From positions 62,001-126,000 of the forward strand of contig NIVC01000245.1 in the NCBI GenBank assembly GCA_002269645.1: 64,000 nt of DNA. The letters are read 5' to 3'. The stretch is from Macrostomum lignano (lineage: Eukaryota). The position numbers were made by a program, and so were the translations under genes. Positions 11,657-25,913 of the stretch are shown piece by piece. Under the pieces are notes generated by a model, which worked only from the letters and a program-made list of their open reading frames with translations, did not search any database and was not told where the DNA came from. The first letter of the stretch is position 1. Every line of letters begins with the position of its first letter.

Positions 11657-13631
11657 AGGCGCTCAACACTAACTCCTGATAAATAAATAATACTGACAAA
11701 GTGAAAGAACTTACAGCAGAAACGCTATATCAATATCCCGATGATTTACTGCGGTGATTCAGAATTTCAGGAATGTCAGAAATATGAGTATATCTAGATA
11801 ATTTTTTTCTGCATGCTCATAACTCTTTCGATTTGGTATTTATATATGCCTGAGAAAGGGCTGTCTGCAGAGCTGCTGTCTCAAAGCCCACCTCTTCCTA
11901 GCGCCGAGATACCCTCGGCGGCATGTGAGAAAAGAACTGCTTAATTTCTGTTGCCAGCAAGAAAATTTGAAAGGGAAAGAGACTGAGAGAAGCGAGTTCA
12001 GTCCCAGATCGATAGCAATAAGCGTGTAACCACTTCTCCCCCCAAAAAGGTCGTAAAACTGCTCATTGGAGCTAACTGAATGGCCAACGCGCCGTGTTTT
12101 GTTCCAGAATTAAAAGAAACAATGTTATTATAGTCATAGACTTGACTGGACAAAAACCTCGGTTCATTTTGGCAGCTATTGTCGCGCGAGGGGGTTGTAA
12201 AAACGTTGCTTTTAAGCCCCGAAATTGAGCACACGTTGGCTTGGAATTTCACATTTGTTGCCGTGCAAGGCGGAGACCCGACCAACACGGTGTGAGAATT
12301 GGTGCGATCAGTTTCCACGGTTCTCCTCACGCCTGCTTGAGTGCCAAAGATTATGATAAGACAAGCTGTTACGAAAACTGCGCTAGGATTTGACGTTTTG
12401 CTATTTTGTACGGCGCGCGTGTAAAAAATTTTTCAGCCTTAAGCAAGGTCTGAACAATGCCGCACGGATATCAGCTGCAGTTTACGATGTGAAAGGACAG
12501 AAAATCTCAATGGAGCTTTTTACATTTCTTGTCGTATCTGACCGCGGGAGAAAAGATTTGGATCTTTTGTGCGCACGCATGAGCTCGCCAAAAATTGCTG
12601 GAGAAGCAGAGAATTCTGAGACAAATTCCCACCGCAGCGTGTGTGCGCATGCGTCATTTTTCAAATTGTTGAAAAGCAGAAATGCAGAAAGTAAAAATGC
12701 AATAGTTTCAGGCCACGCTTCTTCTGTATCAAGACAAGATCCAGACAAGACTTCATCCAGCAAATTGCTTGGGAACTCCGGCTTAGCAACTAAAGCACAG
12801 CTAACCACCAGCTAGTTCTATAACAAGATTGTCTGCCACGTGTCACCAATTCGTAGCTTATTATACAATAAACAGTTCAGCAGAGGCGCGGGACAAAAAA
12901 AGAAGTTGATATTTTCTTTACCAACAAAAAAGTAACAAATTCTCGGATAGCTCGACTGAACCTGTTGTGTGAACTTACTTTGGTATCGGATGATGTGCAG
13001 CCGCTTCTGGTCTTCACTCTTCTTGTTGACTGTTGGAAGTTATTTTTTGTATGGCTACCGGATTCTCAGATTATCTTGAAGATGCAACTAAATGCGGGAG
13101 GATGACAGCAGCTGCTCTTATATGAATTAGCAATTCTTGTCGGATGTCGGGGGGGGGGTCCTCGAGAGCGGGGCGGGGTGTTGGGGCATTGGGGGGCCGC
13201 CCCCCAAACCTTTGTGGGTTGGGTGGCTGCGGGGGTTGGGGCTCGGGGGGTGGGGTGCCGCTCCCACTGATAACTGTTCTGGTTGGCTCCCATCCCCCTG
13301 CTGTCCTCCTTTAGAAGATCTCGGGTGGCCCCCTTTCTTCTTCTTCTACCTCCTCGTCTTCCTATCCTTGCTTGTCTTTCACAGCCCCCCCTCTCCCTCC
13401 TCTCCTCCTTCTTGCCATCTTTTCCTGTCTGGCGGCTCTTCTCAAGAGAATCGCGGGCGTTGATTGGTTCGGGGAGCGAGCGGGAAGCCACAGCGTATTG
13501 GTCCCATTAGGCTGGGCCGTGGCCATGCGGTCGGTTGGACATGCCCTCACAGTTTACAGATTCAATTATTGCCAGAAAATTCCCATTTTTCATACACATT
13601 AAATTGGAAATAGTTTGACCAAAATCTCACT

Positions 13632-14037
13632 CTCTCACTCCGTCAGTCACTCCGAGAATCTCAGCCTCTCACTCCGCCAGTCACTACGAGAATCTCAGCC
13701 TCTCACTCCGCCAGTATCTCCGAGAATCTCAGCCTCTCTCACTCCGTCAGTCACTCCGAGAATCTCAGCCTCTCTCACTCCGCCAGTCACTCCGAGAATC
13801 TCAGCCTCTCTCACTCCGTCAGTCACTCCGAGAATCTCAGCCTCTCTCACTCCGCCAGTCACTCCGAGAATCTCAGCCTCTCTCACTCCGCCAGTCACTC
13901 CGAGAATCTCAGCCTCTCACTCCGCCAGTATCTCCGAGAATCTCAGCCTCTCTCACTCCGTCAGTCACTCCGCCAGTATCTCCGAGAATCTCAGCCTCTC
14001 ACTCCGTCAGTCACTCCGCCAGTATCTCCGAGAATCT
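13632..14037. repeat. ~34-36-bp minisatellite (CCGAGAATCTCAGCCTCTCACTCCGTCAGTCACT)n
   Basis: Tandem copies; the same family occurs in reverse orientation at 20017-20211. Confidence 0.9.
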
Positions 14038-16743
14038 TAGTCCCTGTCTGTCTCTCTATACCCGTCTCTAATGACAGCAGACCTTTCAACAACTTTTCAA
14101 TTTTGAAAAACGGTCACCCACACGCAGTCTCATTATTAGTGTGCAGCACCATCCAAGTCTTCTCAATTTCACTTCACGTATCACACGACATGCGTGCCGG
14201 AGATTCCCTTTAAAGATGGGTCTCCAATATAGAGTCGCACAAGACCGTGGTGGGGAGTCTCCCTATCAAGCCTGCATTGACAATATGACAATATCAAGCT
14301 GCGCACTATGGCTCCACTCAAGGGCTTGTCATGCTGCTTCTTCCGGGGGAATTGGTGCTGTTGTTGCAGACGCAGAAAGCCTGACTGAATCTTTTCTTTA
14401 ATAATATAACAGTCAGTACAGAGTCAGCGAAGTCTGATGCCGACACGAAGAAAATATTGGCTGCATGGGCGTCTTCGGGAAGACTTTTGAAGAAGATGAT
14501 TAGGCCCGTGGAAATGAGCAGCCCTGCATGATTTTTATATGGCGGGCTGAAAAATGGCTGATGATAAAGCGACTTTCATGTCCGCCTTCATGCTCAGGTT
14601 CCTTTCACTGACAGGCGGGGTCGGGCCTTCCTCCAGTGATCCCATTGATTGTTATTCTAAGCATCCCGGATGGGGATCTAGTCTCCGCGCGGGACCCTTG
14701 CGGCAATTGTATTGTTCCCATCTTTGAGATGGCAAGTTCCTGTGAACACGGGGCGGGGGGGGGGGCGTCTCCTGCCTACATGAAGATATTATTGAAAGTT
14801 ATATCGGGGAGACTCATAAGATATAATAAATGTGGGGGGAGGAACTGTGCATGTACACATAAAGACCTTCTATACCCCATGGTATTGTTGTGACAACAGG
14901 ATAGGGGCTGACACAAATTGAGAGGATGCGGGCAGGGTGGCTGTGCAGCAGAGGATTAATGTCCCCAGCGGGAAGGGGATCTGTTAGCCACCACAACTCT
15001 CGGTAGGGAAGTTGCAGGGGAAAACTATAAGGAGAAATATGACCTATAGAGGATTTGAGACATTTTCTGCCGCGGTCGAGGAGCTGGGAAATGCTGGGAA
15101 ACAGGATTTTTAAAGCTTTTTTAATGTTTTTTGAGCTTTGAGCTGTTCTCACTTAACGCTGTATAAATTAATTGTGGGATTAGCCTTAGCCTGTTATATT
15201 GGAGGATATGAGGGTAGCAACTATATTGGACAGTAATTGCCTTGTTTACTTTTAGTTTTATTGATGCTTTTTAGAACTCTTTTTAGCAAAAAAAACAATA
15301 TTTTGACTGGGTGGAAAAATATTTAATGAAATTAAAATTTTCAATCGGCTCTGTGGGGGGGCACGGGTAATCAAAGTTGATAGGGGGAGAACTGACAGAC
15401 GGACTCAAAGAAAATAAGTGGAATTTAAAAGACGCAGTTCTTGTGGAAAAGTTAAGAGAGGTGGTCAATGAGAGAGATGTAGATAAGATAGCAGTCAGTA
15501 GAGAGAGCAGTAGATAAGAGAGGGAGTCAAGGGGAAAGAGAAGTAGATAAGGGAGGTAGTCAAGGAGAAAGAGGTAGATAAGAGACAAAGTTAAGAGAGA
15601 GAGGTAGATATAAGAGGTAGTCTAGGGAGAGAGAGAGGTAGATAAGAGATACGCCAAGGAAGAGATGTGTTAAAATTTTAAGGCCAATTAATTTTCATAT
15701 ATAGCATCTGCATTTTGAACCGCCAACGCCAAGAAGGCAAAGGGGGAAGCTGCGATGACGGGATTGTGGCGGCGGGGGGATGGAGCTGTGAAGCTGGAGG
15801 TGTCGCTTCGCAAATGGGAAAATTGGAAAAGTCATATTGCTGTTCAGTCAGCCGTGGAGTCCGCCACAGCTCTCATGGTCTTTGGATGCCGAGCCGCTGT
15901 GGAAATCTGCGCGGGGATTCTGGGGATTCTGTATAGTAAGATGGGGCTGAGATGAAGCTCAGCGCGGGGGGCTCCATGCTCAGCCAAGCTGAATGTCGAC
16001 TATGATGAGGTTTGATCCCCGAACTCCCCTCTCCGCCGGATATTCGCCAGACCTCATCACTTTCTCTTCAGAATCAGGCGGTGCGGACTCAACATTATAA
16101 AAAGATGAAGACTTGACGCTGGGAAAAAAAGCGCGCTCTCTCTTGTCTTGAAATTGGCACTAGCCGCTGCTGCAGGAGAGCGAGAGAGCGGGAGATGAGG
16201 AAATGGGATTCAATTTTTTGATTTGATAAAGCCCGACCCCTCTTTCTCCCCCCCACTCACTCTCTCACTTCCCCTTTTGCCAAAGTGATAGATAGGAGTT
16301 CGACTTCATCTGGTCAGCGCCAGGTCTGGTCAAGCGTGAATGCCAGAAATCTCCTCATTCTCCCGCAGCCCGAGAGTCCCTTTGGGGAATCCACCGCGAT
16401 TTATCGAGAGAGCGGAGAGACTTTTAATAATCAGCCTCTCGCACACGCTCGCGTCAGGGGTTGGCCTGATGGTTAATGAAAACTCCTGCTGCACCACAGG
16501 GACTCACAGAGATGGCGAGCGAGAGTCTGTGCGCGCGCTCCGCGCTCTGATAGCTCAATTATCAATGCGATCGCTGAGAGATGGATGCTGTTTATTCCGG
16601 ATCTCAGCATCTGTGTTTCATCGAAATATTTTCAAATTGAAATTAAATTCAGTTTTTGGAGAGCAATGCCATGCTGCTTAGCTTCGACACTTTAGCTGTA
16701 AACTATTGTTAAATACGCTCTTAGATTAGATTATTGGATCCAA

Positions 16744-17625
16744 TTCTATCGCCAGTAGATCAGATTCTAGCGCCAGTAGATCAGATTATGGCGCCAGTAG
16801 ATCAGATTATAGCGCCAGTAGATCAGATTATAGCGCCAGTAGATCAGATTCTAGCGCCAGTAGATCAGATTCTAGCGCCAGTAGATCAGATTATAGCGCC
16901 AGTAGATCAGATTCTAGCGCCAGTAGATCAGATTATAGCGCCAGTAGATCAGATTCTAGCGCCAGTAGATCAGATTCTAGCGCCAGTAGATCAGATTATA
17001 GCGCCAGTAGATCAGATTCTAGCGCCAGTAGATCAGATTCTAGCGCCAGTAGATCAGATTCTAGCGCCAGTAGATCAGATTCTAGCGCCAGTAGATCAGA
17101 TTATAGCGCCAGTAGATCAGATTCTAGCGCCAGTAGATCAGATTATAGCGCCAGTAGATCAGATTATAGCGCCAGTAGATCAGATTCTAGCGCCAGTAGA
17201 TCAGATTATAGCGCCAGTAGATCAGATTATAGCGCCAGTAGATCAGATTCTAGCGCCAGTAGATCAGATTCTAGCGCCAGTAGATCAGATTATAGCGCCA
17301 GTAGATCAGATTATAGCGCCAGTAGATCAGATTCTAGCGCCAGTAGATCAGATTATAGCGCCAGTAGATCAGATTATAGCGCCAGTAGATCAGATTCTAG
17401 CGCCAGTAGATCAGGTTCTAGTGCCAGTAGATCAGATTCTAGTGCCAGTAGATCAGATTCTAGCGCCAGTAGATCAGATTCTAGCGCCAGTAGATCAGGT
17501 TCTAGTGCCAGTAGATCAGATTATAGCGCCAGTAGATCAGATTCTAGCGCCAGTAGATCAGATTCTAGCGCCAGTAGATCAGATTATAGCGCCAGTAGAT
17601 CAGATTCTAGCGCCAGTAGATCAGG
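16744..17625. repeat. 21-bp minisatellite (GCCAGTAGATCAGATT[C/A]TAGC)n
   Basis: About 42 units with interspersed C/A variants; source of the 343-aa APVDQIL pseudo-ORF. Confidence 0.95.
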
Positions 17626-18271
17626 TTTTATGGCATGAAACTTCGCCAATCCAATTTTCCCATAGAGTTTCACAGAATCCTGACAATTCCTCTTCTTCCC
17701 ATCTCAGTCGGCGGTCCTTGTCGCACAAGTCTGACACATTCAATTTGCGTTCGAGTGAAAATTGACAGCGCCATAAGGCCCGCGGCTGCTACACAAGCGC
17801 ATGATAAGGAGAAATATTCGAGTGGGTGAAAACTGGACAGACTCGGCGAAGTGGTCATGATTTGGAGAATTTAGGGGAGCAATAATGTAAGATTGCTGTG
17901 ACACACGAGGCATCGAAGCAGTTAAAATCCTCTTTCCCAAATACCCAACCAATTATTTCCATCTGTTCGCGGAGTGGGGTTGCTTTGCCTTATAGAATTG
18001 TTCAAGTGTATCAAGCCGGTTTTTTAAATCTGCATTGGGCACCAATGCACCACTGAGTTAATATTGACGTTTTTGCACGTCTGGTCTGATCCTAACCATG
18101 CAGCGTCATCGCTCTTTCAAGTAACTGCGGCACAGTGCCTCAGCATCTCCTTAATTTATTCAATCTAATTCTTTATTTGCTTCTTTGTCTCTGTCTACTT
18201 CTCTATCTACTTCTACCTATAGCTCTACTTCTCTTTATCCACTCTTCTATCTACTTCTTTATCTACATATT

Positions 18272-18578
18272 CAATAATAATAATAATGGATTAAACCTGC
18301 CCTAATGGCCAGATGTGCAACCGACAGCTCAGCCGCAGCTATTGCGCGGCGCATCTGAAGGCTGCGTACGGCTGTTCAGTCCAAGGACTGGGGGGGGGTC
18401 GCCACACACACCCTCAATTACCCCAGCTAATGCTGGCACCCATTTTACAGCTGGGTGAGCTGAAGCAATGCAGAGTTAAGTGTCTTGCTCAAGGACACAA
18501 ATTGTTCCGAGTGGGTCGAGAATCGAACCCCCGACCTTCCAGTTGTGAGTCCGATGCTCTAACTACTAGGCTACAACC
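18272..18578 (-). mobile_element. tRNA-derived SINE with a CORE-like central domain and (ATT)n tail
   Basis: The minus strand reads GTAGCCTAGTAGTTAG (A box), GGTTCGATTC (B box), TTGTGTCCTTGAGCAAGACACTTAAC, CCCAGCTGTAAAATGGGT (CORE-like), then a 3' tail ending in ATTATTATTATT. Confidence 0.8.
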
Positions 18579-20016
18579 CTCTAGCCTACTTTTATCTGCG
18601 TATCTATCTACTTTTCTATCTACTCTACATCTCTATCTACTTCTCTATCCAGGTCAAGAATTTATATCTATTTATCGATCTCTTGTTTATTTTCTTTAAA
18701 CTTCAAACCGATTTTTTTCGCATATAATTACGAAATATTCGGCCTCGAATTTTCTCTCACTTTTCACTTTCGCCCTCATAAAAAACGTTCACAAATTTTC
18801 AAGCTCTTGCTGGGCCGCTCGGCTGGCGCAACTTGTAGCAAAATTAAAATAAAAAAAGATTTTGCTTTTACACGTCGCTAACAAGAGAAGGTGCGTACGG
18901 AGATGCGAACTGTGTTCTAAGTGTCTCAAATTGCATCTGTGGTGTGTTGCAACATCTGCGGTGTATATGGTACACACGTGTTTCAGTTTGTCTTGAGTTC
19001 ATGCAGTTATATGGCCAAAATCTCCAACCCTATATAGCATTTTCTTCTTTGCAAAAGCAGCACCGCTTCGCTAGAAATTGCGCTCCTCCTCTGCATTCTG
19101 CTCCAATATGCAGAAGCATTGAGAATAATCAAGAAGAACTTGAATGTTGCAATTTTTTGTATGTTAGAATCTCCGAAACTGTATGCATGTGTTACTTTCG
19201 CCACCTCTTTCAAGGTGAGGGATGGGAGTTTTATGGCACCGCCTGCGGCGCGGGACTGCAGAGAGCGAGAGTTAGAGGGTTGGGCATGGAATGCTAATAA
19301 TGTGATTGATTTTAGCGATACGGAATCATAATACGGAATTATATAATAGCTTTTGGTCTACGCTCGAGTAACGAAGCTTTTGTCTATGGTATGGTAGTTT
19401 GGTCCAACAAGCACCTAATTTGGTCCATAGCGGCTCTGTTGTTACACCCCTAGATTCTAGAAGCAGCAAGGACGTCCACCTAGTCCGCAAACTCATTGAT
19501 TAGCAATCCAGATACTGCATACTCGTATATGCAGTCGTCCATGACAATACTAGTATAGAAAGCAATTGGTCGGGTTTGTAGCCCAGTCTTCTTCTGGGCT
19601 TTTTCAGATCAAATTGTATCGAAAATTGTTATGCAGGTAGATTATAAATCAGGTAATTTTTTTTTCGCTTGCTTTCTCGCAGGTAATTAGAGCCTGCTGA
19701 TAGACAGATACATGCAGAGCAACCGCTTTTGCGCCTGCCAAGTTGAATTGCATCTGGGGTAATAGCAACACCTTTATATGCGGCCTAAGTAGCGATTTCA
19801 AAAGCAAACGGAAACTAGCTTGTTCCATTAATTTGTTTAAGTTATTAGTTATTAGTTATTCACAAACTGTATCGAATATTGTAGAATATATTTTATTTCG
19901 CATGGAGACTGCGAAATCCAACACCTCAGACAGTTGGAGAGCCAGCGGCTGTTGTAACTCTGCCGTTCACTTGTTAATATTGGCCTGCTGCCGGGGAGTT
20001 TCATAATCACTAGCGG

Positions 20017-20211
20017 GATTCTCGGAGTGACTGGCGGAGTGAGAGGCTGAGATTCTCGGAGTGACTGACGGAGTGAGAGGCTGAGATTCTCGGAGTGACT
20101 GACGGAGTGAGAGGCTGAGATTCTCGGAGTGACTGGCGGAGTGAGAGGCTGAGATTCTCGGAGTGACTGGGGGAGTGAGAGGCTGAGATTCTCGGAGATA
20201 CTGGCGGAGTG
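20017..20211. repeat. Reverse-complement copy of the 13.6-14.0-kb minisatellite
   Basis: CTCGGAGTGACTGACGGAGTGAGAGGCTGAGATT units. Confidence 0.9.
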
Positions 20212-20689
20212 AAATTTTACATTTCTCATTCCATCCAGACTGAAAATCCCCCCAGAGATGCATCCTTGAGCTTAAATGGCAAGATTCGAATATCCACGCA
20301 CTCCAATTGGGTTTTTTTACCAAAACAGGTGGCAAAGAGTTTTTATGGCGTCAATTTTTCAACAATCTGTTGCAACTAAAATAATGATAAGAACTGACTG
20401 GATTGAGACCCGCTTAAAGACACATTAAAATCTATATAAAGGCAGTCAATTGTGCATTTTCTACTCGGGGTCGTAAATTGTGGCCTTGTCAGAATAGAGG
20501 CCAAGAGAGGCTTCGCTGATCAAACACTGCCGTCCCATCAGCTTCATCAACTCTGGCTTGAGATGGCGCGTTCTGTAAACTGCATTCGAGCGCGTTCGCT
20601 CATTTTAGCTCTATCTTGAAGAATTTACTGCCTCAGTGTGAGTCTTGCGGAGAAAAAAGTGCTCTCTGCTGCTCTTTACTGGCTCGCAA

Positions 20690-23600
20690 ACATTTCCCTC
20701 TCTATCTCCCTCTGTGTCTCCCTGTCTATCTCCCTGTCTATCTCCCTGTCTATCTCCCTGTCTATCTCCCTGTCTATCCCCCTGTCTATCTCCCTCTCTA
20801 TCTCCCTCTGTGTCTCCCTGTCTATTTGCCTGTCTATCTCCCTGTCTATCTCCCTGTCTATCTCCCTGTCTATCTCCCTGTCTATCTCCCTGTCTATCTC
20901 CCTGTCTATCTCCCTGTCTATCTCCCTGTCTATCTCCCTGTCTATCTCCCTGTCTATCTCCCTGTCTATCTCCCTGTCTATCTCCCTGTCTATCTCCCTG
21001 TCTATCTCCCTGTCTATCTCCCTGTCTATCTCCCTGTCTATCCCCCTGTCTATCTCCCTCTCTATCTCCCTCTGTGTCTCCCTGTCTATTTCCCTGTCTA
21101 TCTCCCTGTCTATCTCCCTCTCTATCTCCCTCTGTGTCTCCCTGACTATCTCCTTATCTATCTCCCTGTCTATCTCCCTGTCTATCTCCCTGACTATCTC
21201 CCTGTCTATCACCCTGTCTATCTCCCTCTCTATCTCCCTCTGTGTCTCCCTGACTATCTCCCTGTCTATCACCCTGTCTATCTTCCTGTCTATCTCCCTC
21301 TGTGTCTCCCTGTCTATCTCCCTGTCTATCTCCCTGTCTATCTCCCTGTCTATCACCCTGTCTATCTCCCTGTCTATCTCCCTGTCCATCTTCCTGTCTA
21401 TCTCCCTCTGTGTCTCCCTGTCTATCTCCCTGTCTATCTCCCTGTCTATCTCCCTGTCTATCACCGTGTCTATCTCCCTGTCTATCTCCCTGTCTAACAC
21501 CGTGTCTATCTCCCTGTCGATCACCGTGTCTATCTCCCTGTCTATCTCCCTGTCTAACACCGTGTCTATCTCCCTGTCGATCACCGTGTCTATCTCCCTG
21601 TCTATCTCCCTGTCTAACACCGTGTCTATCTCCCTGTCGATCACCGTGTCTATCTCCCTGTCTATCTCCCTGTCTATCTCCCTCTCTATTTCCCTCTGTG
21701 TCTCCCTGTCTATCTCCATGTCTATCTACCTGTCTATCTCCCTGTCTATCTCCCTCTCTATCTCCCTCTGTGTCTCCCTGTCTATTTGCCTGTCTATCTC
21801 CCTGTCTATCTCCCTGTCTATCTCCCTGTCTATCTCCCTGTCTATCTCCCTGTCTATCTCCCTGTCTATCTCCCTGTCTATCTCCCTGTCTATCTCCCTG
21901 TCTATCTCCCTGTCTATCTCCCTGTCTATCTCCCTGTCTATCTCCCTGTCTATCTCCCTGTCTATCTCCCTGACTATCTCCCTGTCTATCACCCTGTCTA
22001 TCTCCCTCTCTATCTCCCTCTGTGTCTCCCTGACTATCTCCCTGTCTATCACCCTGTCTATCTTCCTGTCTATCTCCCTCTGCGTCTCCCTGTCTATCTC
22101 CCTGTCTATCTCCCTGTCTATCTCCCTGTCTATCACCCTGTCTATCTCCCTGTCTATCTCCCTGTCTATCTCCCTGTCCATCTTCCTGTCTATCTCCCTC
22201 TGTGTCTCCCTGTCTATCTCCCTGTCTATCTCCCTGTCTATCTCCCTGTCTATCACCCTGTCTATCTCCCTGTCTATCTCCCTGTCTATCTCCCTGTCCA
22301 TCTTCCTGTCTATCTCCCTCTGTGTCTCCCTGTCTATCTCCCTGTCTATCTCCCTGTCTATCTCCCTGTCTATCTCCCTGTCTATCACCGTGTCTATCTC
22401 CCTGTCTATCTCCCTGTCTAACACCGTGTCTATCTCCCTGTCGATCACCGTGTCTATCTCCCTGTCTATCTCCCTGTCTAACACCGTGTCTATCTCCCTG
22501 TCGATCACCGTGTCTATCTCCCTGTCTATCTCCCTGTCTATCTCCCTCTCTATTTCCCTCTGTGTCTCCCTGTCTATCTCCATGTCTATCTACCTGTCTA
22601 TCTCCCTGTCTATCTCCCTCTCTATCTCCCTCTGTGTCTCCCTGTCTATCTCCATGTCTATCTCCCTGTCTATCTCCCTGTCTATCTCCCTCTCTATCTC
22701 CCTCTGTGTCTCCCTGTCTATCTCCATGTCTATCTCCCTGTCTATCTCCCTGTCTATCTCCCTGTCTATCTCCCTGTCTATCCCCTTGTCTATCTCCCTC
22801 TCTATCTCCCTCTGTGTCTCCCTGTCTATTTCCCTGTCTATCTCCCTGTCTATCTCCCTCTCTATCACCTTCTGTGTCTCCCTGACTATCTCCCTATCTA
22901 TCTATCTGTCTATCTCCCTGTCTATCTCCCTGACTATCTCCCTGTCTATCACCCTGTCTATCTCCCTCTCTATCTCCCTCTGTGTCTCCCTGACTATCTC
23001 CCTGTCTATCACCCTGTCTATCTTCCTGTCTATCTCCCTCTGTGTCTCCCTGTCTATCTCCCTGTCTATCTCCCTGTCTATCTCCCTGTCTATCTCCCTG
23101 TCTATCTCCCTGTCTATCTCCCTGTCTAACACCGTGTCTATCTCCCTGTCGATCACCGTGTCTATCTCCCTGTCTATCTCCCTGTCTATCTCCCTCTCTA
23201 TTTCCCTCTGTGTCTCCCTGTCTATCTCCATGTCTATCTCCCTGTCTATCTCCCTCTCTATCTCCCTCTGTGTCTCCCTGTCTATCTCCATGTCTATCTC
23301 CCTGTCTATCTCCCTGTCTATCTCCCTCTCTATCTCCCTCTGTGTCTCCCTGTCTATCTCCATGTCTATCACCCTGTCTATCTCCCTGTCTATCTCCCTG
23401 TCTATCTCCCTGTCCATCTTCCTGTCTATCTCCCTCTGTGTCTCCCTGTCTATCTCCCTGTCTATCTCCCTGTCTATCTCCCTGTCCATCTTCCTGTCTA
23501 TCTCCCTCTGTGTCTTCCTGTCTATCTCCCTGTCTATCTCCCTGTCTATCTCCCTGTCTATCTCCCTGTCTATCTCCCTGTCTATCTCCCTGTCTAACAC

Positions 23601-23965
23601 CGTGTCTATCTCCCTGTCGATCACCGTGTCTATCTCTCTGTCTATCTCCCTGTCTATCTCCCTCTCTATTTCCCTCTGTGTCTCCCTGTCCATCTCCATG
23701 TCTATCTCCCTGTCTATCTCCCTGTCTATCTCCCTCTCTATCTCCCTCTGTGTCTCCCTGTCTATCTCCATGTCTATCTCCCTGTCTATCTCCCTGTCTA
23801 TCTCCCTCTCTATCTCCCTCTGTGTCTCCCTGTCTATCTCCATGTCTATCTCCCTGTCTATCTCCCTGTCTATCTCCCTGTCTATCTCCCTCTCTATCTC
23901 CCTCTCTATCTCCCTCTGTGTCTCCCTGTCTATCTCCCTGTCTATCTTCCTCTGTGTCTCCCTCT
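20690..23965. repeat. 3.3-kb 12-bp array (TCCCTGTCTATC)n with higher-order variant blocks
   Basis: Tandem 12-mers with recurrent TAACACCGTG/TCGATCACCGTG marker blocks; source of the 1158-aa SISL pseudo-ORF. Confidence 0.97.
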
Positions 23966-25085
23966 TCATCTCTCTCTATTTCTACATCTCTGCTCTTACC
24001 ATATTTTTCAATCAAATGTCATCTTCTCTCTCCCTAATCCATTCTCCCTACCTTCTCTATCATTATTTTTCTCTTCACAACGGAACTGAATTCCCGGATC
24101 AAATTTCAATATAAAAATAAAAATTCATCAACCAATGTAGATTGTCCAACCGGACTTTGTCGAACGTGATGTTTTGGAGGCTAAATATGATGAAGGGATC
24201 TGAAGAGGCTGGTATAGACCGCGGTAACCAATATAAAAGACAGGGTTGCTCAGAAGAGATCGAGCTGATAATTATTGCAGAGAGAAATGTCCTGCAGAAG
24301 GTGGACACACATGGACCCGAAGCTAGTTAAGCAAACACATGCATGCATATTAATGTATGCATTGTCCATTGGCACATTTACCAGGGGATCTGGCAAAATA
24401 GGGAAGAGGGGCTGTGCTGGTCTCCTTCCTCTATAGATCTGACCACCAGATACGAAGTCGGTTCTTAAGCACGCGGACCTGTCACCAACATTGCAATGCC
24501 CAAGTGGGACTGTGGACCGTGGCTAGCGATATATTTCAGCAGAATTCTGCCAATAATGGGAGGTGCTGCCGTGCTGGCCGGCAGAACACGTCGGCACCAG
24601 TGCGTTTTTCTCTGATCCTTTCTAACAGAGGAGATTATTTTTTAAAAAAACGATGCTTGAATGCATTCTGCTCCACGGGTGTAATATGCCGCCCCCTGTT
24701 GTCCGTCCGTGTCTGGTGTGGGTCTTCAGCTGTTCGCATGCTCTTTCGCATCAGTGAGCTCACAACTGACTCTGTGGGAGGCTGTCCATCATAACAGACT
24801 TTCGCCTTTCAATTAGGAAGTCTTTCAACTGCGGTTGATAACTTGAGCCATTCAGTTTCGATAGTAATTTATCAAAAAAATTCTGAGATAAACAACTCCG
24901 TCTTAAGAAGCGAAGACTGTAGAATCGGAACGGCAGGGATTCGCTGTGGGATAGGCGCAAATCCCCTCAGATGGATTGAGTGCACATGTAAAGTTTATGA
25001 GGCACAATAGTCAATAGACACATGAAGCACAAAATGCAAATAAAATCCACGTAGGGACATACAAGTCAAAAAGATGCGTACTACA

Positions 25086-25913
25086 TAAGACACTTTGAGA
25101 CACTTTGAGACACACTGAGACACATTGAGACACATTGAGACACATTGAGATACATTGAGACACATTAAGACACACTGAGACACATTGAGACACATTGAGG
25201 CACATTAAGACACATTGAGACACATTGAGGCACATTAAGACACATTGAGACAATTTGAGACACACAGAGTCACTGTGAGACACTTTAAGACACTTTGAGA
25301 CATATTATGACACATTAGGACACATTGAGACACATTGAGACACATTGAGACACATTGAGACACTGTGAGACACATTGAGACACATTGAGACACATTAGGA
25401 CACATTGAGACAATTTGAGACACACTGAGTCACTGTGAGACACTTTAAGACACTTTGAGACACATTATGACACATTGAGACACATTAAGACATATTGAGA
25501 CACATTGAGACACATTAAGACACATTGAGACACATTGAGACACATTGAGACACATTGAGACACATTGAGACACTTTGAGACACACTGAGACACATTGAGA
25601 CACACTGAGACAATTTGAGACACACTGAGACACATTAAGACACACTGAGACACATTGAGACACACTGAGACAATTTGAGACACACTGAGACACTGTGAGA
25701 CACTTTGAGACACTTTGAGACACATTGAGACACACTGAGACACATTGAGGCACATTGAGACACATTGAGACACATTAAGACACATTGAGACACATTAAGA
25801 CACTTTGAGACACATTAAGACACTGTGAGATACATTGAGACACTGTGAGACACATTGAGATACGTTGAGACACATTGAGACACTTTGAGACACTTTGAGA
25901 CACATTGAGACAC
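25086..25913. repeat. 10-bp array (GAGACACATT)n
   Basis: Tandem copies with variants. Confidence 0.95.

Noticed and set aside
10870-11699. Four ~255-aa ORFs (EAPAP, RGAST, VLAPL, WRLWC)
   Set aside because: All come from one perfect 15-bp array; there is no domain or splice context.
16734-17765. 343-aa APVDQIL-repeat ORF resembling a repetitive surface protein
   Set aside because: A 21-bp minisatellite with a non-ATG start; no signal peptide or domain.
18500-18578. tRNA gene
   Set aside because: The A/B boxes belong to a SINE head followed by a CORE-like body and tail; no complete cloverleaf.
20616-24114. 1158-aa SISL-rich ORF and its companions
   Set aside because: A 12-bp satellite; stop-free by composition.
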